64,000 nt of DNA, from NCBI GenBank assembly GCA_028688055.1, contig JAQTYZ010000001.1:178910-242909 (forward strand), given 5' to 3'. Below the pieces are notes generated by a model. It saw nothing but the letters and a program-made list of their open reading frames with translations. It was not told where the DNA came from and searched no databases. The number at the start of each line of letters is the position of its first letter. Positions within the stretch are counted from its first letter, which is position 1. Position numbers and translations under genes: made by a program. This DNA comes from Patescibacteria group bacterium (GTDB lineage: Bacteria > Patescibacteriota > Patescibacteriia > Buchananbacterales > UBA6539). Below are positions 28,368 to 38,187 of the stretch, piece after piece.

Positions 28368-28910
28368 ATGATTTCAACTTTTATTGCTTCAGCGCTGTGG
28401 GTGGTTTTTATGGCACTAGTCATAATTATTTTGGGTACCATGGCAATTGCCGGCTTGTCCGCGGCCCCGTGGGTCCCGCTCTGGAAAAAAGATATTAGGC
28501 GGATGTTAAAGCTAGCTGGGGTTAAGCCAGGTGAAAAAGTCTATGATCTCGGCGCTGGCGACGGCCGGATAATTATTATTGCCGCGGAAGAATTTGGCGC
28601 CGTAGCTGTTGGCTATGAAATGGCTGTCTTGCCATATTGCTTGGCTTATATTAAAATAATGTTAAAGCGACTTAAGCCAAAAGTAAGTCTCAAGTATGCT
28701 AATTTTTTTGCCGAAGACCTCGGCGACGCCGATGTTGTCTGTACTTTTCTGAGTCCGGCGGCCATGGCAAAATTAAGACCAAAATTCGAAGCCGAAATAA
28801 AACCTGGTGGGCGAGTGGTTTCATTTGCCTTTCATATCCCTGGTTGGGAGCCGACTAAAGTTGAGAAGCCAAACCAAAAAACGACCGCGGTTTATCTCTA
28901 TCAGCGCTAA
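28368..28910 (+). CDS. Class I SAM-dependent methyltransferase
   Basis: N-terminal TM, APWVP, YDLGAGDGR. Confidence 0.88.
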   Translation: MISTFIASALWVVFMALVIIILGTMAIAGLSAAPWVPLWKKDIRRMLKLAGVKPGEKVYDLGAGDGRIIIIAAEEFGAVAVGYEMAVLPYCLAYIKIMLKRLKPKVSLKYANFFAEDLGDADVVCTFLSPAAMAKLRPKFEAEIKPGGRVVSFAFHIPGWEPTKVEKPNQKTTAVYLYQR

Positions 28911-28934
28911 ACAGAATTCAGCGTAAAAATAAAA

Positions 28935-29558
28935 ATGATTCGAAAAATTAAAAAAAACACCGAAACCGAAGATTTACAAAATGACGAAGTCAGCGCTGTC
29001 GACGCGGAGCGCTATTTAGAATTAGTCAAAGATGTTTTGGAAAATACCCAATCCAATATTAAAAAGGCACTGAGCTTACTTCGGGAAAAAAATATCGATA
29101 CCCAAACCCTCCTGACCAGCCTAAAAGAAACCAAGGCGGCTAGCGAGGGATTTTTAACAGATGAAAAAGGTAATGAAAGAATCATCGAAGGAGTTTTTAA
29201 CGGTGAAAGAATGGTGGGCGGCGATGGCGTTGAATACAATATTCCCGCTAATTATGCCTCGAAATCTAAGTTGGTTGAAGGTGATATTTTAAAACTAACC
29301 ATTACCGGAACCGGTTCATTTATCTATAAGCAAATTGGTCCGGTGGAACGTCAGCAGCGCATTGCGCTGCTGGTACAAGATGAAACGACCCGTGACTGGT
29401 TTGCGGTGATGGGGACTCAGCGCTGGAAATTATTAACCGCTTCAGTAACTTATTTTCATGGCGGTCATGGCGACGAAGTGGTAATTTTAGTTCCCAATGA
29501 TGGCAGCACCAAGTGGGCGGCAGTTGAAAATATTATCAAAACCGGCAGCCGGTCATAA
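28935..29558 (+). CDS. Conserved CPR-type hypothetical protein
   Basis: IIEGVFNG...YNIPANYASKSKLVEGD motif. Confidence 0.75.
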   Translation: MIRKIKKNTETEDLQNDEVSAVDAERYLELVKDVLENTQSNIKKALSLLREKNIDTQTLLTSLKETKAASEGFLTDEKGNERIIEGVFNGERMVGGDGVEYNIPANYASKSKLVEGDILKLTITGTGSFIYKQIGPVERQQRIALLVQDETTRDWFAVMGTQRWKLLTASVTYFHGGHGDEVVILVPNDGSTKWAAVENIIKTGSRS

Positions 29559-30410
29559 TTTAATTTCCAAAATTCGATTTAGCTTGGCTAAGTCTTTTTT
29601 TATTATGAGCGTGGCGGCCGGGAAATAATCCTGCGCCAGTTTTTTAAAGTCGTTGGTTTGTCGGGGATCAAACTCGCAAAGAATAGCCAGGGGGATGATT
29701 TTTAAGTCAACAATTTGTTTAAACAACTTGCGGTAGTGATATAATCCGTTTTGTTTGGTAAACAAGGCAATTTGTGGTTCAAATTTCAGCCCACGGCTTG
29801 CGGCCGATGAATTATTTTGCCATTGTTTCCAGCCGTAGGGCAGATTGGCGGCAATGATGTCAAACTGCTTATTTTTAATTGGTGTTAGTAGGTTGCCGAC
29901 ATAGAATTTAACTTTGGTTTTATTCAAGCGGTTATTTTTTTTGGCAATTTCAATTGCTTTGGCTGAAATGTCGGTTGCCGAAATATCACATTTTGGTAAG
30001 CGTTTGGAGAGAGCAATCGCCACACAACCGCTCCCGGTGCCGATGTCGGCAATTGTCATTCTTGGTTTGGCTAGTTCTAAAACTGCTTCAACCAATATTT
30101 CCGTTTCGGGGCGGGGGATTAAGACGTTTTTATCAACATAAAAACCAAGCTCAAAAAATTCTTTATGCCCGGTCAAATAAGCAACCGGTACGCCTGCCAA
30201 CCTTTGTTTGATCAGTCTTGATAATTTTTTAATTAGCGCCTGGGGAACAATTTTTTCCGGATAAGTAAAAAGGAATTCTTTTGGTTTTTTCAATACCAAC
30301 GATAGCAAAACCTCAGCATCAAGCTCCGGCGTGGTAATGTTGGCTTGACTTAAGGATTTGCCAGTTTCCGTTAGTAAATTGGCAATGGTTTTTGACTTTT
30401 TGATAAATAT
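29553..30410 (-). CDS. prmC: Release factor glutamine methyltransferase; start codon uncertain (non-canonical)
   Basis: VLIPRPETE, DIGTGSG, ANLPY; family-like N-terminus TIANLL...TPELDAEVLL extends to 30389 with no ATG/GTG/TTG before the stop at 30420-30422. Confidence 0.85.
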   Translation of the reverse strand: MFIKKSKTIANLLTETGKSLSQANITTPELDAEVLLSLVLKKPKEFLFTYPEKIVPQALIKKLSRLIKQRLAGVPVAYLTGHKEFFELGFYVDKNVLIPRPETEILVEAVLELAKPRMTIADIGTGSGCVAIALSKRLPKCDISATDISAKAIEIAKKNNRLNKTKVKFYVGNLLTPIKNKQFDIIAANLPYGWKQWQNNSSAASRGLKFEPQIALFTKQNGLYHYRKLFKQIVDLKIIPLAILCEFDPRQTNDFKKLAQDYFPAATLIIKKDLAKLNRILEIKL

Positions 30411-30448
30411 ATGCTTAGATTAAGCGGGAAATATGCAAGGAGGTGGCC

Positions 30449-30886
30449 ATGTATCCTTTACGTTGTCGGTGTATTGTTTGCGGTCAGTCTGGGTTGTTGA
30501 CACTTCGGCGCACCCGCCTTGTCAACAAGTTTAACCCCGAAGGCCTGCCAGTTTGGGTCCATCGCGGGGAGTGCGCCGTCTGTAACGATGAAGCGACGAT
30601 AAGCCATAGTGGCTTGTTGGGAACAATGGCGGTGCTGTATGAACGTCGGCTCTGTTGCGTTTGTGGCACTGGCGCGGGGTTTTTTGGCCGCCGCCGCTTG
30701 GGAGATATCTCGCTAGTTAGCGGGTATAATCAGGCTTGTCAGCCGGCCCATGTTCATGACGAAAATTGTTTTGACCTGTATGTCAAATCACATCAGACAT
30801 TGTGGCATGAGCTCGATATGAGCGAACTTTTGCGGCAATTGGCCGCAATTAGAGACGCGCACATGCTATCCCACGTTGAACCTTGA
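30449..30886 (+). CDS. Cys/His-rich hypothetical protein with two CxxC...HxxxC modules
   Basis: SD AAGGAGGT at 30437; CIVCG...VHRGEC and CCVCG...VHDENC; terminator 30891-30916. Confidence 0.65.
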   Translation: MYPLRCRCIVCGQSGLLTLRRTRLVNKFNPEGLPVWVHRGECAVCNDEATISHSGLLGTMAVLYERRLCCVCGTGAGFFGRRRLGDISLVSGYNQACQPAHVHDENCFDLYVKSHQTLWHELDMSELLRQLAAIRDAHMLSHVEP

Positions 30887-30914
30887 CCCTGAGGGACGTT
30901 TGTCTCTCTTTTTT

Positions 30915-31958
30915 TTATTTAGCCGCTTTTTTTAGGGCATCAATGACTGGCTGAATATCGCCGTCCATTATGGTGATTAGGTTGTGCCAGCTCATTTTAA
31001 TGCGGTGATCAGTGATCCGATCTTGCGGAAAGTTATAGGTCCTAATTTTTTCCGAACGATCACCCGAACCGATTTGCGAATTTCTGGCGTCGCCTCGTTC
31101 CTTGGCCTTCCGCTCTTCTTCCGCGGCCAGTAATCGCGAGCGTAGAATTTGCATCGCCTTATCTTTATTTTTCAATTGTGATTTTTCGTCTTGACAGGTA
31201 ACAACGGTGTTAGTCGGTAAGTGGGTAATGCGGACAGCCGAGTCGGTCGTGTTAACGCTTTGACCGCCGTGACCCCCGGAGCGGTAGACATCAATTTTTA
31301 AGTCTCCAGCCTTGATCTGAATATCAACTTCCTCGGCTTCCGGCAGCACCGCCACGGTCGCCGCTGAGGTGTGAACGCGGCCGCTTTTTTCCGTTTCGGG
31401 AACGCGTTGAACGCGATGAACGCCGCTTTCATATTTTAAATTTGAATAGACTTCCGAGCCGCTTATCTCAAAAATAATTTCTTTGAACCCACCAATGCCA
31501 ATGCGGTTGGAATCTAAAATTTTTGACTTCCAACCCCTTTTTTCCGCATAGTGCGAATACATCCGAAATAAATTAGCGGCAAATAAGGCTGCTTCGTCGC
31601 CGCCGGTGCCGGCTCTAATTTCAATAATAATGTTTTTGTCGTCCAAAGGATCCTTGGGCTTTAGCGCCAGTTCAATTTCAGCTTCCAGATTTTCCCGCTG
31701 GGTCGATAAAATGGCAATTTCTTCTTCGGCAATTAAAACCAACTCATTGTCGGAATCGGCCGCAAAAGTTTCTTTAGCTTCTGATAGTTGCCTTTCGACC
31801 CGCTCTAAATCCTTAATCAGTTTAACCACGCCTTCAAGCTGATTAAACTCCTGTGAAAGTTTTTTTAGCTTATCAGGGATAGTCGCAACATCAGGCGAGC
31901 TCAGCTCGTTGTTTATTTGGTCGTATCGATTTAAGACGTCTCCGAGTTTTTTATCCAT
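30915..31958 (-). CDS. prfA: Peptide chain release factor 1
   Basis: VQRVPETE (PxT), [19 protein letters not shown]. Confidence 0.97.
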   Translation of the reverse strand: MDKKLGDVLNRYDQINNELSSPDVATIPDKLKKLSQEFNQLEGVVKLIKDLERVERQLSEAKETFAADSDNELVLIAEEEIAILSTQRENLEAEIELALKPKDPLDDKNIIIEIRAGTGGDEAALFAANLFRMYSHYAEKRGWKSKILDSNRIGIGGFKEIIFEISGSEVYSNLKYESGVHRVQRVPETEKSGRVHTSAATVAVLPEAEEVDIQIKAGDLKIDVYRSGGHGGQSVNTTDSAVRITHLPTNTVVTCQDEKSQLKNKDKAMQILRSRLLAAEEERKAKERGDARNSQIGSGDRSEKIRTYNFPQDRITDHRIKMSWHNLITIMDGDIQPVIDALKKAAK

Positions 31959-32011
31959 ATTTTTACTATAACAAAAACTCCCTGGGTTGCAAGGAGCTTT
32001 CGACGAGGTAG

Positions 32012-32299
32012 TTATTTTTCTTTTTTAGCAGCTTTCTTTTTTGAAGCCGTGGCCACGCGCTTGGCTTTTTTGCCCTTGCGAACAGCAGCGACAGCCACTT
32101 GCTTGGCGGCTCGTTCTTTGAATTTTTCAACTCGGCCGGAAGTGTCGACGAGGTTTTGTTTGCCGGTATAGAAAGGATGACACATGGAGCAGATTTCAAC
32201 CTGTAGTTCTTCAATGGTTGAGCCAACCGTAAAGTTGTTACCGCAAGCGCAGGTAACTTTGGCATTTGGATAATATTTTGGATGAATTTTATCTTTCAT
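32012..32299 (-). CDS. rpmE: 50S ribosomal protein L31 (zinc-binding type)
   Basis: [23 protein letters not shown]. Confidence 0.96.
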   Translation of the reverse strand: MKDKIHPKYYPNAKVTCACGNNFTVGSTIEELQVEICSMCHPFYTGKQNLVDTSGRVEKFKERAAKQVAVAAVRKGKKAKRVATASKKKAAKKEK

Positions 32300-32332
32300 A
32301 GGTTTAAATACCTACGTATACTAACACAACAT

Positions 32333-32758
32333 TTATTTTTTGGCAAGAGTTTTTGGCTTATGCTCGTGTAATTCCTTTGACCGTTGGGTGATGGCAAAAA
32401 CCCCTAAAACGCTGGTATAAACGACGGCAAAATCGGCTGGCACCTTATATTGGCCATGGGATATGGTGGCGGTAACAACAAAAATAATCATTATTGCCGT
32501 CCAGGCAATTACAAAGATTTCACCTAAAAATCTGGAAATAAAGCTATTTTTCCAGCGACTGAATTCTTTGTCACTGGCATAAATGCCTAAAATGGCTAAG
32601 TAAATTATCCCAATAACGCTGGCTGAGCTGTCGAATCTATTATTGGATAAAAAATCAACAAAAAAGAGGATTATTGTTAATATTCCCCAAATGTCGACAA
32701 TGGCCTTCAAAACTAGCCGACTAAAATTATTGTCTTGATGATTTTTCTTTGGTGGCAT
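32333..32758 (-). CDS. Membrane protein of unknown function
   Basis: Four hydrophobic segments. Confidence 0.7.
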   Translation of the reverse strand: MPPKKNHQDNNFSRLVLKAIVDIWGILTIILFFVDFLSNNRFDSSASVIGIIYLAILGIYASDKEFSRWKNSFISRFLGEIFVIAWTAIMIIFVVTATISHGQYKVPADFAVVYTSVLGVFAITQRSKELHEHKPKTLAKK

Positions 32759-32897
32759 TAATTAAATTATAGCATATTTTTCCAGCGAAGGGGACATTGA
32801 CAGTGGGATAATTAACTCTTAGGATAAGCAACGAGAGGGGAACTGTTCGTTTTGACAATTAGTTTTGGCTAAAAGCAAATGCGGAAAGGAATGGAAG

Positions 32898-33311
32898 ATG
32901 ATAAGGGGCGAGTATATTGAGTTTATGGTATTCGACCACCGGGTCTATCTATTAGACCACACGCTTTTCGATGTAGCAGCTTCAGGCACAACACATGCGT
33001 CCCTAGTGGACGTTAATAACGATTTGGAACAAATTGCCAGAAGCCTAAGGGAAGCCATCGCTGCCGGTAAAACAACTTTGTTGGTTGCCGTTGATTCATC
33101 AACATTCAGACTGTTGGTGCTTAATCGGATCGTGACCGCGGAAGAGGTTGAAAGGGCTACGCCGGGAAAGCGTGGTAACCAGGAAACGCTGACCTGCGAC
33201 GACCTGAATTTTCCCCATGTTGGCGCCTTAACCGTGATTATCGGTGCCGGCGATACCGTGTGGCACGAGGGCTCAAGTGGTGAGCCGAAGCGGTATCTGT
33301 TTCTTAGCTAG
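32898..33311 (+). CDS. Hypothetical protein
   Basis: Promoter TTGACA(32797)-17-TAGGAT; SD AAAGGA; terminator 33353-33399. Confidence 0.6.
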   Translation: MIRGEYIEFMVFDHRVYLLDHTLFDVAASGTTHASLVDVNNDLEQIARSLREAIAAGKTTLLVAVDSSTFRLLVLNRIVTAEEVERATPGKRGNQETLTCDDLNFPHVGALTVIIGAGDTVWHEGSSGEPKRYLFLS

Positions 33312-33352
33312 GAGGCGGTTTAGCGTTTACTTGCTATTTGCAGTGCGTTTAT

Positions 33353-33399
33353 AGCACTCCCAGTCAACCGGGTTCGGTTGCGGATGGGAGTGTTTTTTT
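33353..33399 (+). terminator. Intrinsic terminator
   Basis: GCACTCCCA...TGGGAGTGT stem followed by a T tract. Confidence 0.7.
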
Positions 33400-33414
33400 A
33401 TCCTCGCGGTGTTT

Positions 33415-33520
33415 TGTCATTGTGAGGATCCGCCTACTGGCGGAGACGCGGCAATCTGGGTGTTTTTTCATTGGTCAGGGTGCGAGATTGCTTCACTCAC
33501 TTCGTTCGCTTGCGATGACA
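33415..33520. repeat. RPE/REP-like palindromic element
   Basis: TGTCATTGTGAG...GCAATCT ... AGATTGCTTC...TTGCGATGACA inverted ends; internal CCGCC-TACT-GGCGG hairpin. Confidence 0.7.
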
Positions 33521-33552
33521 TACTTATTTATTGAGCTTACGGCCAAGCAGTC

Positions 33553-33612
33553 TTGACAAGTTTTTAGCAAATGTTTAGAATGGAATTAGCACTCGACTAT
33601 AAAGAGTGCTAA
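33553..33612 (+). promoter_or_regulatory. Sigma70 promoter plus CIRCE operator
   Basis: TTGACA 33553-17-TAGAAT 33576; perfect TTAGCACTC-N9-GAGTGCTAA at 33586-33612. Confidence 0.95.
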
Positions 33613-33623
33613 TAGGTCAGCTT

Positions 33624-34325
33624 ATGAATAGTCGTCAGGAGACCCTCTTAAAATTCATTACTTCCGAGTACATCAAGACTGCGGTGCCGGTCGGCTCTAA
33701 ATTAATTGCCGAAGTCGGTAATTTTGATTTGTCGTCGGCCACCATTCGAAACGAAATGGCCGAACTTGAGAATGAAGGCTATATTTTCCAGCCTCACACC
33801 TCAGCCGGTCGCGTGCCGTCGGAAAAGGGTTATCTCTTTTACGTCCAAAATTTTTTAAACGATGCTACTTTATCAAAAAGGCAAAAAGAGACACTTGATA
33901 GCGCGGTATCCGTGGAAAATATTTTCGACAATTTGTTGATTAAAAATCTAGCCAAGCATATCTCCAGTTTCACTGCCGCCGCGGTTTTCGTCGCTTTTTC
34001 GGAAAATGATTTTTATTACACCGGCATTTCCAATTTATTTGAACAACCGGAATTTGCCGAACAGCAGTTGGTGAGACATTTGGGCGATGTTATTGATCAC
34101 TTAGACCTAACCATTAATAAAATTTTTGATCAGCTTGTTGACACGGTCGAAATTTCCATCGGTTCGAAAAATCCTTTCAGTCGCGATTGCAGTTCGGTCA
34201 TCGCCAAATATTCGGCCAAAGATCGTACGGGTATCATCGGCGTTTTGGGGCCGTTGCGAATGGACTATCAGACTAATTTTAGTTTAATCAAATATAGCCA
34301 GCAGTTAATTAATAATTTGAAATAA
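33624..34325 (+). CDS. hrcA: Heat-inducible repressor HrcA (short form)
   Basis: PVGSK, SSATIRNEMAELE, QPHTSAGRVPS, GPLRMDY; directly after CIRCE. Confidence 0.93.
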   Translation: MNSRQETLLKFITSEYIKTAVPVGSKLIAEVGNFDLSSATIRNEMAELENEGYIFQPHTSAGRVPSEKGYLFYVQNFLNDATLSKRQKETLDSAVSVENIFDNLLIKNLAKHISSFTAAAVFVAFSENDFYYTGISNLFEQPEFAEQQLVRHLGDVIDHLDLTINKIFDQLVDTVEISIGSKNPFSRDCSSVIAKYSAKDRTGIIGVLGPLRMDYQTNFSLIKYSQQLINNLK

Positions 34326-34844
34326 ATGACTGACGAAAATTTGGAGCAAAATAATATCGCTGATAATAATGAGGAGCCAAATCTCGGTGAAAATAATAGT
34401 GAGTTAGCAACGGTAAAAATCAAGGCGGAGGAATATTTAAACGGTTGGAAGCGCGCGAAAGCTGACTATATTAATTTAAAAAAAGATACCGAGAAACGCA
34501 CGGCTGAAATTATTCAGTATGCCAACGCTGCTTTAATAGCTGAGTTACTACCGATATTCGATAATTTTAAATTGGCGCTTAAGCATATTCCCGAACCAGC
34601 CAAGTCAGCTGAATGGGTGACTGGGTTTATTCATATTAAAAAACAGTTTGATGATTTTTTGAAACAGCTAGGTATTGAAGAAATCAAAACAGACGGTGAT
34701 AAATTTAATCCCGAGTTTCACGAAGCCGTTGCGACCGAAAGTCAAGCTGACGTTGAATCCGGTGTCATCTATGAAGAAGTTAAAAGCGGCTACACTTTGC
34801 ACGGCAAGGTGGTCGTGCCGGCGAAAGTAAAAGTCGCCAAATAA
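34326..34844 (+). CDS. grpE: Nucleotide exchange factor GrpE
   Basis: RAKADYINLKK, FNPEFHEAV, GYTLHGKV. Confidence 0.95.
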   Translation: MTDENLEQNNIADNNEEPNLGENNSELATVKIKAEEYLNGWKRAKADYINLKKDTEKRTAEIIQYANAALIAELLPIFDNFKLALKHIPEPAKSAEWVTGFIHIKKQFDDFLKQLGIEEIKTDGDKFNPEFHEAVATESQADVESGVIYEEVKSGYTLHGKVVVPAKVKVAK

Positions 34845-34861
34845 ATATTAATCATAATTAG

Positions 34862-34927
34862 GTCATCCTGAATTTGATTTAGTATCTCGATGATAGCTAA
34901 GAGATTCTGAAATAAATTCAGGCTGGC
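34862..34927. repeat. Degenerate REP-like doublet
   Basis: GTCATCCTGAATTTGATTTAGTATCT...AGATTCTGAAATAAATTCAGGCTGGC, related to 5150-5174. Confidence 0.55.
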
Positions 34928-34938
34928 GGAGAAAACAT

Positions 34939-35349
34939 ATGTCAATTATTAAATGGGCGCCATTTCTTGAACCGTTTGAAGAAATGGAAAAATTTATGTC
35001 CGACGCGTCGAGTCGCAATTATGCTCCGGCCGTCGACGTTTACGAAACCGCCGACAGCGTTATTATTGAGTCACCGTTAGCCGGTGTTGATCCGAATAAT
35101 GTTGAAGTTTCAATTGAAAATGACACCTTGTCGATTAAGGGGCAGTTTAAGAAGGAGTCGGAAGTTGATGATAAAAATTATTACCGTAAAGAAATTAGCT
35201 CGGGCAGTTTCTATCGTTCCGTCGCGCTGCCGTCAAAAGTTGAAAAAGACAAGGCGGTGGCCGAATCGAAAGATGGATTATTGAAGATTACTATCCCGAA
35301 AGCACCGGAATCAAAACCGACTTCAATCAAAATCAGTGTCACGAAATAA
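34939..35349 (+). CDS. Hsp20/alpha-crystallin family protein
   Basis: PAVDVYET, GSFYRSVALP, DGLLKITIPK. Confidence 0.93.
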   Translation: MSIIKWAPFLEPFEEMEKFMSDASSRNYAPAVDVYETADSVIIESPLAGVDPNNVEVSIENDTLSIKGQFKKESEVDDKNYYRKEISSGSFYRSVALPSKVEKDKAVAESKDGLLKITIPKAPESKPTSIKISVTK

Positions 35350-35487
35350 CGACCAGCCCCGCGTCCGCGCGGGGCGTCGAGACGACCGAATTAAAAACTT
35401 TAATTCTGTCATTTCGGCGGTAAATTAAAAGTGTTATCTAAAAAAAAGAGCCATTATGGCTCTGTGCTAAGCAAGGGGCAGAAGGCG

Positions 35488-35781
35488 CTAACGCGATTGC
35501 AATGCCTGTTCGACGATCTCGATTAGACGGGCAACGGTCAAATCCGGGTCATACAAACCATTGCCATCCATATCATTGCTTAATCTGAGGTCGAACTCAT
35601 CGTCGATCGTCATAGCAATCTCCGACTGGTCAAGACTGTCGGCGCGGAGATCGCGGCCGATTCGATCCTGTAAGTCAGGAAGCGGCAGATCCAAATGAAG
35701 TGTTTCCGAGACGATTGCGACTACGCGCTCGGCCACCGATAAGGTCGGCTCGGGTACGGCAGCTGGTGCTGTCTCAGACAT
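35488..35781 (-). CDS. Acyl carrier protein-like
   Basis: DLRADSLD (phosphopantetheine Ser), DEFDL, TVARLI; SD GGAGGG; ATG 35781. Confidence 0.75.
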   Translation of the reverse strand: MSETAPAAVPEPTLSVAERVVAIVSETLHLDLPLPDLQDRIGRDLRADSLDQSEIAMTIDDEFDLRLSNDMDGNGLYDPDLTVARLIEIVEQALQSR

Positions 35782-35878
35782 TGGTGAACCCTCCAAAAGG
35801 TTAAGGATCGGGAGAGCCAAACTTCATAGCTGGTTATTAATTTAACTTAAAATAAATAATTAATCAAGTAGAAACAAT

Positions 35879-37777
35879 ATGGGAAAAATTTTAGGAATCG
35901 ATTTGGGAACAACTAATTCGGCGATGGCGATTGTCGAAGGTGGTGAACCGAAAATTTTGGAAAACAGCGAAGGGGCGCGAACCACGCCATCAATTGTGGC
36001 CATTAATAAAACCGGCGAGCGTTTAGTTGGTCAATTGGCCAAACGACAGGCGGTAACGAACCCGGAAAACACTTTGTATTCAATCAAGCGATTAATCGGC
36101 CGGCGCTGGGAAGATAATGAGGTTCAACGTGATTTGAAATTAATGCCGTATAAAATTGTCAAAGCTGACGGCGGCGTGAAAGTGCTGATGAACGGCAAGG
36201 AATTTTCGCCGCAGGAAATTTCGGCAATGATTTTGCAAAAATTAAAAGCGGACGCGGAAGCGCGCACCGGTGAAACGATAACCGAAGCGGTGATTACCGT
36301 GCCGGCTTATTTTGACGATGCGCAGCGTCGCGCTACTAAAGACGCCGGCGCCATTGCCGGTTTAGACGTTAAACAAATTATTAACGAACCAACGGCCGCG
36401 GCCTTAGCTTACGGTTTTGAAAAAAAACAAGGTCAGAAAATCGCCGTGTACGACTTAGGCGGTGGAACCTTTGACGTTTCCATTCTGGAAATTTCCGCTG
36501 ACACGATTGAAGTCAAGTCAACCAACGGCGACACCCATTTGGGCGGCGACGATTTTGACCAGCGCATTATCGAGTGGATTATTGCTGAATTCAAAAAAGA
36601 TCAGGGGATTGATTTGTCGAAAGACACTTTGGCACTCCAGCGAATTAAAGAAGCCGGCGAAAAAGCCAAAATTGAATTATCAACCGCGCAGGAAACTGAA
36701 ATTAATCAGCCGTTTATTACCACCGATTCGGCGGGTCCAAAACATTTGGTTTTAAAATTGACGCGCGCTAAACTCGAAGAATTAGTTGGTGAGTTGGTTG
36801 ATAAAACTCTCGAGCCATGCAAAAAAGCTTTGCAAGATGCAAAGCTTGAAACTAAAGACATCCAGGAAGTGATTATGGTCGGTGGGATGACGCGGATGCC
36901 GCTAGTCACCAAGATTGTTACTGAATTTTTTGGCAAAAAGCCTAATATCTCTGTCAACCCTGACGAAGTCGTGGCACTCGGTGCGGCGGTCCAGGCCGGC
37001 GTGTTGCAAGGCGACGTTAAAGATATTCTATTGCTTGACGTTACCCCTTTGACTCTGGGTCTCGAAACTTATGGCGGCGTGATGACACCGTTAATTGATC
37101 GAAATACCACCATCCCTTCATCAAAGTCGCAAGTCTTTTCAACCGCCGCCGACAGTCAGCCGTCAGTTGAAATTCACGTGTTACAAGGCGAACGACCGAT
37201 GGCGGGGGACAACAAAACTTTGGGGCGATTCATTCTCGACGGTATTCCGCCAGCCCCGCGTGGCATCCCACAAGTTGAAGTTACTTTTGACATCGACGCC
37301 AACGGCATTTTGAATGTTTCTGCCAAAGACAAGGGGACTGGTAAAGAACAAAAAATTACCATCACGGCCTCTTCGGGCTTGAGTAAGGAAGAGATTGAAA
37401 AAATGAAACAGGAAGCCGAATCGCACGCCGATGAAGATAAAAAAAAGAAAGAATTAATTGAGGCCAGAAATATCGCCGACTCGTTGGTCTATACCACCGA
37501 AAAAGCGTTGCGTGACGCTGGCGATAAATTGCCTGAAGCGGACAAAAAAGAAATTGAAGCGAAAGTTGAAGCGGTTAAGAAAGTTAAAGACGGTGAGGAT
37601 GTCAGTGCTATTACCAGCGCGACCGCTGAATTAAACACCGCCGCCCAAAAAATTGGTCAGGCGATGTATAATCAGCCGTCCAGCGGCCAGCCTCAGGCCG
37701 AAAGCACAACGGAAGCTAAATCCGATGATGCTAAAAAAGAAGACGTGGTCGAAGGTGAAATTGAAGAGAAGAAATAA
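35879..37777 (+). CDS. dnaK: Chaperone DnaK (Hsp70)
   Basis: [23 protein letters not shown], linker DILLLD. Confidence 0.98.
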   Translation: MGKILGIDLGTTNSAMAIVEGGEPKILENSEGARTTPSIVAINKTGERLVGQLAKRQAVTNPENTLYSIKRLIGRRWEDNEVQRDLKLMPYKIVKADGGVKVLMNGKEFSPQEISAMILQKLKADAEARTGETITEAVITVPAYFDDAQRRATKDAGAIAGLDVKQIINEPTAAALAYGFEKKQGQKIAVYDLGGGTFDVSILEISADTIEVKSTNGDTHLGGDDFDQRIIEWIIAEFKKDQGIDLSKDTLALQRIKEAGEKAKIELSTAQETEINQPFITTDSAGPKHLVLKLTRAKLEELVGELVDKTLEPCKKALQDAKLETKDIQEVIMVGGMTRMPLVTKIVTEFFGKKPNISVNPDEVVALGAAVQAGVLQGDVKDILLLDVTPLTLGLETYGGVMTPLIDRNTTIPSSKSQVFSTAADSQPSVEIHVLQGERPMAGDNKTLGRFILDGIPPAPRGIPQVEVTFDIDANGILNVSAKDKGTGKEQKITITASSGLSKEEIEKMKQEAESHADEDKKKKELIEARNIADSLVYTTEKALRDAGDKLPEADKKEIEAKVEAVKKVKDGEDVSAITSATAELNTAAQKIGQAMYNQPSSGQPQAESTTEAKSDDAKKEDVVEGEIEEKK

Positions 37778-37784
37778 ACAGTTC

Positions 37785-37815
37785 AAGCGGCGGGGTGAAA
37801 ATTTCCCGCCGCTTT
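37785..37815 (+). terminator. Hairpin after dnaK
   Basis: AAGCGGCGGG/CCCGCCGCTT stem. Confidence 0.7.
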
Positions 37816-37893
37816 AGGCAATGGTTAAACAATTTGATATACTTAAAAAGTTTAAGGTTAGCTTGGATTAATTATCAATTGCTATAAATCAAT

Positions 37894-38184
37894 ATGGAAC
37901 AGAGAATACCAGAGCAAAATAAAATTGAAATTCGCGACAGCTTCGCTGGCGCTGAGTATGCCAATGTAATGCAAATCACTCACAGCAAGGAAGAGTTTTT
38001 AATGACTTTTCTAAACATCGTCGCACCAAGCGGCCGCGTCGTGGCGAAAATTATGACTAATCCCGGCCACTTAAAGCGGATTGCTAAAGCGATTGAGGAA
38101 AATATTAAGCGCTATGAATCATCCTTTGGCAAAATTGAAGAAGCGGAAAGTCCCAAAGATGAAATCGGTTTTAGGGCTAACTAA
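37894..38184 (+). CDS. DUF3467-like protein
   Basis: YANVMQITHSKEEF...IMTNPGHLKR pattern. Confidence 0.7.
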   Translation: MEQRIPEQNKIEIRDSFAGAEYANVMQITHSKEEFLMTFLNIVAPSGRVVAKIMTNPGHLKRIAKAIEENIKRYESSFGKIEEAESPKDEIGFRAN

Positions 38185-38187
38185 TTT

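Noticed and set aside
33338-33556. 72-aa ORF
   Set aside because: It runs across a terminator and a palindromic repeat and is likely spurious.
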